Made by a program: the position numbers and the translations under genes. The notes below the pieces were generated by a model. It did not search any database, was not told where the DNA came from, and worked only from the letters and a program-made list of their open reading frames with translations. A DNA stretch of 63,647 nucleotides, counting the filler, from Stramenopiles sp. TOSAG23-3 (taxonomy: Eukaryota), in the NCBI GenBank assembly GCA_900128585.1. It is 17 parts of 17 records of this genome, joined end to end, with 100 filler letters (N's around TTAATTAATTAA, not from the genome) between each part and the next. Parts side by side here need not be neighbours in the genome. Positions count along the whole stretch, not along the records: positions 11,305 to 14,962 come from LT644132.1; positions 15,063 to 18,719 come from LT644133.1; positions 18,820 to 22,476 come from LT644134.1; 14 more parts are not named here. One strand, 5' to 3'. Of the stretch, positions 11,513-19,585 are shown piece by piece (the stretch's first letter is position 1; the number at the start of each line of letters is the position of its first letter).

Positions 11513-12238
11513 ATTGAAATAGATAAGAATTGTTTATACAACAAGATACGATAATGTCTGTGTTAGAAGGAAAAGTCTCCTCAACAAGATCGATCAGATT
11601 CTCTCTTGTTTTCTGCAAGCATGCGAAATGAGCATTCATTCATTGACCATTGCAATCTCAATTCATGTTTAATTGCAATCAATTGAATTTTGTTTGCCTT
11701 GTATTGTCATCTATCTTCTATTATTCAGCTAATTAAAATATATCAGAATACTATTTAGTGTTAATTAATTATAAAATATATGATAATTTCCTTACACAGT
11801 ATAAAAATACATACAAATAGAATAGAAAACAAATAGTTCTTTATTATTTACATTGTATATAATAATGAATTAGCATTGAATAAATATTTGTATTCTCTTG
11901 GTTTTAACATAACATAGCATTGATGCTGTAAACCACCCACCACTACTCCACCTTCCCCCCCTTTTCTTTTCTTTTTTTGTAGATTTTTAATTTCCTTCCT
12001 TCCTTCTTTCTTTCTTTCTTTCTTTAGTTTTTCATTCATTCTTTTGTTCTTTTGTTTTAAAATTAAAATACACGACGTACTTGTATGAATGAATACGTAT
12101 TTACAAAGGAATTAATATTCCTCTATTAAATAGATTATTCCAATACTATTTCCTTATTTAAATAATGGTCTTTATTTTTTTTATTTTTTTTTATCGGTTG
12201 ATGAAAATTGAAAAATGGAAGAGTGGGCTTCTTAGATA

Positions 12239-12477
12239 GGGAAAGACAAGATAATTCATAATTAAGGATATATGTTTATAGGGATAACGATATGGGATAC
12301 CTTATGGTATGATTATGTCATATATATATATTTAGGGATTTAGATGAAATCATTTCTCAATATTAATTATAAGTAAATAGAATAAAAACGTGATAAAGTA
12401 TAACTCCATATATACCCACAGGATTGATATTAATATATATACATATCCTTAATTATGGATTATTTTGTCTCTCCAGG
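12239..12477 (+). mobile_element. MITE-like element, copy A
   Basis: Imperfect inverted termini of about 33 bp with a perfect core CATAATTAAGGATAT (12257-12271) / ATATCCTTAATTATG (12443-12457); interior aligns with the reverse complement of 15701-15936. Confidence 0.65.
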
Positions 12478-12968
12478 AAAAGAAGAATGAAATCTGAAAT
12501 CTGATGATTGATCGATTTAATTTTAGAACAAAAAAAGTGTATTGAAATATATAATAATACTAAAGCTATATTAATATAAAGGACACTATATGATGAATAT
12601 GATTCCTCATAGTCTACTATGATAATAGGCTAAATAATAAAAAAAATAGAAGATGATGATGATGACGCTTCTTCTTCTCTTAGCGCTTCTTAATAATCGT
12701 TATTTTTTGTCAACAAACAAGCAAAAAAAACTAAAAAAAAGGAATTATCCAACCGAAGTGTTCAATTATATACTTTGGCTACATGATAATGAAAAAGGTT
12801 GTTATTAATTTATTTTTACAAGTGTTTGTTAAGAATGCACAAATTTTCTTCTTTGACCTTGATCGGTCTAGAAATCCAATTGAACAATTGAACATTGAGG
12901 TAAGGAAACGTTAGCTGCAGTCAGTACGATGAATTGAACTACGGAGACATTACTTTGTATATAGATAA

Positions 12969-14910
12969 ATGGCTGATTTGATCGCGAACGCCCCATCGTC
13001 CTTGTCGGACGATGAGATCGAGGCCCTGCTGGCGATGTTGGAAAAGGTGTCACCTTCGCCGTCCATAGAAATAGATTTTTTTGACGAAACTGGCGTAATT
13101 GCCATGGTTGCAGGGGCGGTCTTGGGAATAGTTGTCTTCATGGCGACGTTTTCAAGCGGAATTGTTTTCTTCTTTGGAATGTCACGTCAACCTTTCTTCC
13201 GAATGAAATTTGTAAATGGAAAAGTTAATACCGCCATTCTTCAAGCATTTTGTTTCATAATCGCGCCATCGTTTGGGATCTTGTCGACGACGACTATATC
13301 TAGAATAGACGCGCTATGGGGCGGCGAAGCAAATGTTTGGCACGTCCGACGCTGGATGGGTGGCATCCAGCTGACGTATACCTTGTCCTTTATAATTTAC
13401 TTTCTTCACTATACGTACATGCAGCGTTTCCCGAAATTAATTCGCAATATTGGTGCAGGGTGCGGTGTATTGGGATTCGCCTTAGGCTGGGGTCTTTTCG
13501 TTCCCTTGCGATCCTACACGTCCGCGGGGGAGGTGGGGGCAGGCCTCATGGTTATGTGGGCTCTGTGGGGGGGCATGTCGTACTACTGGTTCTACAATTT
13601 TGACCAAAAGCTGGAAAACAATTACGAGTATTCGTTGCAAGTCAAAGAAACTCGGCGCTACTTGATGGCAGGAGACCACCCGGAGGTGAACCACAACCAC
13701 GTAACAACGTTTGTGTCGCCTACGGGGACAAATTTACGTTGGTTTGGAACGAAAGCAGGAGGCGGTTGATGCGTATGAAGAAGCGCTTAGGCTTGAACCA
13801 GAGCGAGATGAATTAGAAGCAGTAATAAAGGAACTCAAGCTTCAAATGGCAGAAGATTCAGGGCAAAGTCTTGGGGATGTAATCGCCTTTGCAATCAATC
13901 AAAAGATACACGCTTTTAAAAAGTGGAAAGCTCGAAAAAAGCAGCAGATTAAAGATTTTAAACAAGGCGTCAAGAACGGGTTCAAGAAATTTGGAAAAAA
14001 TGCTTCACGCCTGATAAAGAAGCATTGCGGAGTTTTCGGTAGAATGCACGCAGAGTTTATACTTTTGTATGAAGATTTTCAAGCAGATTGGAAAGGGTTT
14101 TTAATGGGTCAGAGCAAAGCAAAGGTGGAGAGAATGCAAAAGCGGCAAATGTTTTTGAACTACCACGCTTCAAAAATCCAGATAAAGTGGCGAAAAAAGA
14201 TCTACGAACGCCAAAAACAAAAAAAGTCCTCTGAAAAATCGGTCCTACAAACGAGTTTTCTAACTTACGCTCGTGGGGGGTTAAGTATTGAAAATTGCCA
14301 GAGGATAACAAAATGGAGGGTTGGAAATCATGTCAGGGCACTTTGGGAAGACGACGATGAGTACTATGATGGTATTATTCAGAAAATACACGCAAAGGGG
14401 TTTGTGGTGTTTTTCACAGCCTACGGTGATGCCAACATCGTTCGTCCGCAGCATATAAAGCCACCCGAAGACCCGTCTGTCAACGCCGTTAGCAACAACA
14501 TGAACCCACTTGTGCGCCAAGATCAATCGCGAAAGATGATTTTGAACCTCTTGCGCATGAGTCCGCGAGATTTTAAACAATTTGTGATAGAATCGGGCAT
14601 GCCCATGAACGCAGCTGGCCCGGCCTTTCGACAGGCAATGAAGTGGGAGATGAAGAGACAGAAGCAAGACCCGTTCCACCAAATGTCCCTTCTAAAAAGC
14701 CAAGGGAAAAAGAAGCGCCCGTCTGCATCGCAGCTGTTGACCATACAAGGGTTTACAAAAGCAATCGAAGAGCTGGCGAAAGGTTTGTACCCGGGCACTG
14801 CTCGCGCCGTCGGGATAAAATGGATTATTACAAAACATGTAAAGCAAAACAATCCACTGTTTGATGAACAGCGTAAGCGGGCTCGCGACTGTATTCTTTG
14901 GAGGCGATGA
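12969..14910 (+). CDS. Multi-pass membrane protein with TPR, IQ, Tudor and p25alpha-like regions; split over two frames near 13686-13760
   Basis: 12969-13769 has about 5 TM segments. 13711-14910 has a canonical TPR (LRGQIYVGLERKQEAVDAYEEALRLEP), an IQ-like HASKIQIKWRKK and a Tudor (WRVGNHVRALWEDDDEYYDGII...VFFTAYG). Joining them needs an intron or a frameshift. Confidence 0.65.
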
Positions 14911-15700
14911 AGGAAACATTGCTTTCATGCTTGTTATTATACTGACAATTTTATGCCTGGCGNNNNNNNNNNNNNNNNNNNNNNNNNNNNNNNNNNNNNN
15001 NNNNNNTTAATTAATTAANNNNNNNNNNNNNNNNNNNNNNNNNNNNNNNNNNNNNNNNNNNNCATTTGAGCTTCTAACCCTAATCCTAACCATATATATA
15101 GGATACTTTAAAATACGTAATTGTAATTGTAATACATAGGAATAGAATGGAATGGAAAAAAAGGAATCATCTCATCTCAATTCTCCAATAAAAAACAAGA
15201 CTTCGTCAATGTCGAGTTTTGTGTATAGTAATAATTATATACAAATACAACCATAAACATTCATTTGCCTATTGAAATAACAAATCAAACAAAATTATTT
15301 GATTCATACAATGTATAGTACATATATATTACATACGGTTTATCTCTTTATATTATTGTACTTCATTGGACCATAAAATGTATAATTGTACATATTAAAA
15401 ATATATATACTTATAATATAATATTAGTATAGTAATCATAGGAAACGGTCGATTTCAAACCGTTGCCTTTGTTTCTTACATGCACACAGCATAGAAATAT
15501 TACAAAATAACAGCAACAGAGCATTGACATCGAAACGAATAAAAATTCAAATATAGTATACGTATTGTTGTAGTTGTAAATATTGTAAAATAATAGTGTA
15601 TTTATATAATCATAGTATTGATTTTATTGTATTTGTATTTTCCCTATGAAGTAAAGCATAAACCTTTTTTTTTCTCTTCTTGGTTCTTGGCTAAAAGAAA

Positions 15701-15936
15701 ACTGGAAAGGCCAAAATAATCAAATCAAAAGTAAGGATATTATATTAAATATGCTGTGTTTATATAAAAGAGGTATATTATATCACTTTTTTAATTCTAT
15801 TTGGTTATAATTAATATTGAATAAATGATTTCATTTAAATCTGTACATTTATATAGTCATAGCGTTCTAAATGGGTTCATACCAGTTATTCTTACAACCA
15901 CAAATCCTTAATATTTAGATGGTTTATCTTTCCAGT
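15701..15936 (-). mobile_element. MITE-like element, copy B
   Basis: Termini ACTGGAAAG (15701) ... CTTTCCAGT (15936); the reverse strand shares GATTTA.ATGAAATCATTT..CAATATTAATTATAA..AAATAGAAT with copy A. Confidence 0.62.
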
Positions 15937-16439
15937 CCTATTTCTCCTTCGATTATAATAAAATACATAGAAATAGCATCAATATTTGATTTCATTTGTT
16001 TTCTTTCTTCTTCTTCTTCTCCTTTTTTGTTTCCTTTATTTCTTCATGTTCTTCTTTCTTTTCTTCTTTCTACTTCTTTCTTCTTCTTCCTTCTTCATCT
16101 TCTTCTTTTATTTTCTTCTTTTCTTCTTCTTCTCTCCTCACCTGCCTCTGTTTATGTTATTACAATTGAATTGAAAAAAGGGAAGAAGAAGAAGAAGAAA
16201 GAAGAAGAAAGAAAAGGAAGAAGGAGTTTTGTTATTATTTTTTGAATTGAAAATGAATTATATATAAAAAGAAGCAAGTATATATGTAAGTAAGTTTATT
16301 CCAATTTGAAAGGATGGAGTGCCCGTCTTCTATCTTTTCTTGTAGGCACACCGATCCGAAGTCAATTGAAAGAACGGAAGCCATTCTATAGTTTTTAACG
16401 AAACGACTCTTCGACGACGACCACAGATACCACACAATA

Positions 16440-18506
16440 ATGAGCGAACTGCGTACTATTGTGGACCGGCTGAACGGCCACCCTTTCAACAAAGACCTTA
16501 CCCTAGTGGCCTTTGACGAACTCTCCCCATTCGAGCTGCTTCAGCTCGTGAACGAGGTGCTGACGCATTTGGACGATAGGCACGGCGTGGACCTTCGGGA
16601 CGAAGAGCCGAGCGTGACGGCAGCACGATGGATTGAGTTTTTGAGCATTCTCAAGTACACGATCCCCCCCCCCGTCGAGCGGTTCCAGAGCCAGCTTATG
16701 CGGGCCGACCGGAACGTCGTGTACCCGCTGCTGCACTACCTCGTGCAGCGGCTCGCGCAGCTGAAGAAGCGCACCTACTTGGCGCGCTTTTTGGTGACCA
16801 TCAAAGTGCCGCAGCAGTTCGCCATGGACCCGGAGGTCGCGCAGGTGTTCGCCCAGTACCGGGAGCTGCAGAAGGAGTTCAAGGAGACCCACAAGACCCT
16901 CGACCGGCTCCAAGGGAGCTCGCTGTCCCCTGGGGACTTGAAGAAGGAGATCACCCAGCTGGAGGAGGAAAAGCACCAGCTCCACGACAAGATCGAGAAC
17001 CTTCGCCGAAAGACGCAAGGGATGGACGGCTTTGCAGACCTGTTGAAGGTCACGTCCGCCCTTCGCCGCGAACAGGAGGAGGAGGCCAAGTTAGACGAGC
17101 GGATGGCGGAGCAGCAGGCCCAGCTGGCGATGGCGGGCCGCCGGTACCAGGAGATATCGAGGAAGCTCATCGAGCTCAAGCAGAGCATGGGCTCGGACGG
17201 GTCCATTAGCGCGGACCAGCTCCTAGGCCGTCTGGAGGAGGACGTCAGGGATTTAGAGAGCAAGGCCCGGGAGGACCTGCCGAAGGAGTTCCGGGTCCGA
17301 AAGCAGAAGCTCGAGAAGCTCCAGCGCTCGCTGAGCGAGCCCCCGAAGACGGAGGAGGACGTCCGCCAGGTGGAGCAAGAGGTCCGCATGCTCCAGCGGG
17401 ACATTCAACGGCTGACCGACACGATATCGGAGGCCCAGGGGAAGCGAGGGGACGATAGTTTGGCCGTGTTCCGGCAGCAGGGGGCGCTGATCGCGAAGAA
17501 GCTGGAGCAGAAGGAGGAGCAGGTGGAGAAGGCGGAGGAGGCGCGGGACCGTCTGAAGAGCAAAGTGGAGGACATGGAGAGCCAGCTCCGGCAGATGCCG
17601 GGGGGGCGGATGATGCGCGGGGACGAGTTCAAGCAGTACGCCGCGAAGCTGCGCAGCAAAACGAGCCACTTCAAGAAGCTCAAGGAGGAGCTCGCTGACA
17701 TCCGGCAGGAAACCGTAGTACTCTCCCGCACCGAAGCGATCCTCAAGAGCCGGTGCAAAGGGCTGGAGGAGTTCATGAAGGACTTGGAGGAACGGCACGG
17801 GGTCGAGGGGTACACCGGGACAGAGGACAAGCTCGAGCAAGTCTCCAGCCTGACCGCCGCGCTGAACCAGACGAAAGGGAAGACACTCGAGGAGATCTCG
17901 AAGATCGTTACCGACATCAACCAGGCCTTGAAGGAGCGAAAGAACAGGTTAGCCCCGCAGATCAAAGAGCTGCGCGCCGTCCGGAGCGATTACCAAGAGC
18001 TTGAGACCGTGTACTTGGAGAAAAAGGGAGTATTCCAAAACACCGCGTCGGGGCTGGAGTCCGAGCGCGTCAAGCTCGAGCAAGAATGCGGGTCGTACCA
18101 GGACGAGTGCCTGCGGGAGGAGAGCAGGTACCACCTGTTGAACTGTATGATCCAGAAGACTGAAGTCGACCTGAAACGGGTCCGTATGGAAGACAAGTTT
18201 TCTCGCGGGGACGGGCGCCTTTTGCCCGATTTTAAAACCTTTACGGAGTTTTACCAGAATAAAATTTCCCAACAGCAGAGCCTGAGCCAAGCGTTGCGAA
18301 AGCACCAGAACGCCCTGAAAGAGAACGCCCCCCAGGACGGGGTGCAACGGGTACTTTTCGACGATTTGAGGAAACTTTTGGACACCAAAACTACCATCCA
18401 TCGTAACGCAGAGGCAAACGCAGGGGATGTCGAGGACGTCAACGTTGCCTCCTTTGAAGAGTACGGTGGAACCAATGTCATGAAAATTGAACAAGGGCAT
18501 CCATAA
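16440..18506 (+). CDS. IFT81: Intraflagellar transport protein 81
   Basis: N-terminal CH-like domain MSELRTIVDRLNGHPFNKDLTLVAFDEL..., LKKRTYLARFL, long coiled coil, KGKTLEEISKIV and LAPQIKELR; 688 aa, intronless. Confidence 0.95.
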   Translation: MSELRTIVDRLNGHPFNKDLTLVAFDELSPFELLQLVNEVLTHLDDRHGVDLRDEEPSVTAARWIEFLSILKYTIPPPVERFQSQLMRADRNVVYPLLHYLVQRLAQLKKRTYLARFLVTIKVPQQFAMDPEVAQVFAQYRELQKEFKETHKTLDRLQGSSLSPGDLKKEITQLEEEKHQLHDKIENLRRKTQGMDGFADLLKVTSALRREQEEEAKLDERMAEQQAQLAMAGRRYQEISRKLIELKQSMGSDGSISADQLLGRLEEDVRDLESKAREDLPKEFRVRKQKLEKLQRSLSEPPKTEEDVRQVEQEVRMLQRDIQRLTDTISEAQGKRGDDSLAVFRQQGALIAKKLEQKEEQVEKAEEARDRLKSKVEDMESQLRQMPGGRMMRGDEFKQYAAKLRSKTSHFKKLKEELADIRQETVVLSRTEAILKSRCKGLEEFMKDLEERHGVEGYTGTEDKLEQVSSLTAALNQTKGKTLEEISKIVTDINQALKERKNRLAPQIKELRAVRSDYQELETVYLEKKGVFQNTASGLESERVKLEQECGSYQDECLREESRYHLLNCMIQKTEVDLKRVRMEDKFSRGDGRLLPDFKTFTEFYQNKISQQQSLSQALRKHQNALKENAPQDGVQRVLFDDLRKLLDTKTTIHRNAEANAGDVEDVNVASFEEYGGTNVMKIEQGHP

Positions 18507-18660
18507 TATGAGAAGAATAATAATAAAAATCGTGTAATACAATTTCATCATCATACCAGTAGTAGTAGTAGTATGTTATTCTCCTGCCTCCTATATATAA
18601 ATAATAATAATAATAATAATGTGATGATGATATGATGATGATATCTCATTATTTTATCTA

Positions 18661-18694
<34 letters not shown>

Positions 18695-18821
18695 TAAAAA
18701 AAAAAAAAGAAGAAGAACGNNNNNNNNNNNNNNNNNNNNNNNNNNNNNNNNNNNNNNNNNNNNTTAATTAATTAANNNNNNNNNNNNNNNNNNNNNNNNN
18801 NNNNNNNNNNNNNNNNNNNCG

Positions 18822-19484
18822 AAGAATCGATTAAAAGCGTTTAATGTTGATATTAGAGAATGGAAAAACTTGGATAATCTAGTGTTGATGCATAATAAGA
18901 TTTCCGTTTACAACGAAGAGGCATTATGGTCGCACCCAGAACTATCTGGGTTGGCTCTTGGCAGCAACAGGATCACATTACCCGATGCTTCCAGGATATA
19001 TCTACCGTCGTTGATGTTTCTCTCTTTAAAAGACAATGGTCTTCACATAGCACAGACGCTTGGTCGTGACCAGTTTCCAAATTTGTTTCATATGCACTTG
19101 AATGGTAATCACTTGCTAAACTTTCCCGACCAATCTTTGAAAAAACAGTTGGGTTATTTGGCCGTCGCCCGGTGCCAGTTGAAATCGTTGCCGTCGTACT
19201 TATCAGAGTTCAAACAATTGGTATTTTTGGACGCTCGAGGTAACAATATAACAAACGTTGATGATAATTTAAAATTGTTGATGGAAAGAAACGGTGTGGA
19301 AACGTACTTTGCGGGTAATGGTGTTTGCAGCACGGATAGTTCATTGGATTGTGAGCCGTTGTGTTCAAAACACTGCTGGAGTAGAAGGGTATCAAACGAT
19401 GGGTATTGTGACGTTGATTGTGGCACGGAGGAGTGTCAATTTGATGGAGGGGATTGCAATGATCTCAAGAAAACGGCATTGTGA
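18822..19484 (+). CDS. LRR protein with a C-terminal LNR/Notch-like Cys domain (5'-partial)
   Basis: LxxLxLxxN repeats; CSKHCWSRRVSNDGYCDVDCGTEECQFDGGDC; the frame is open to the contig start. Confidence 0.85.
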   Translation, partial: KNRLKAFNVDIREWKNLDNLVLMHNKISVYNEEALWSHPELSGLALGSNRITLPDASRIYLPSLMFLSLKDNGLHIAQTLGRDQFPNLFHMHLNGNHLLNFPDQSLKKQLGYLAVARCQLKSLPSYLSEFKQLVFLDARGNNITNVDDNLKLLMERNGVETYFAGNGVCSTDSSLDCEPLCSKHCWSRRVSNDGYCDVDCGTEECQFDGGDCNDLKKTAL

Positions 19485-19585
19485 TCTGTTCCCTCGGTCG
19501 TAAGCTCGTATTCACAATAACTCGTGCGGTCCAATTATTTCTTAGAAGACTTTTTTATATAATAAGAGAGTACTTTTTACACCTT

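Noticed and set aside
13700-13715. Programmed ribosomal frameshifting or an alternative genetic code as a genome-wide feature
   Set aside because: Most conserved genes are uninterrupted under the standard code, and no shared slippery or stop motif is present at the two frame switches.
15074-15091. CTAACCCTAATCCTAACC telomere-like sequence near a contig start (also AACCCTAAC at about 40598 and 50970)
   Set aside because: Only 2-3 degenerate units and not terminal; insufficient to call a telomere or telobox.
15919-16245. Phe/Leu/Ser- or Lys/Glu/Arg-rich ORFs (also 11065, 23072, 30024, 34645, 53530, 53561)
   Set aside because: Translations of microsatellite and low-complexity tracts.
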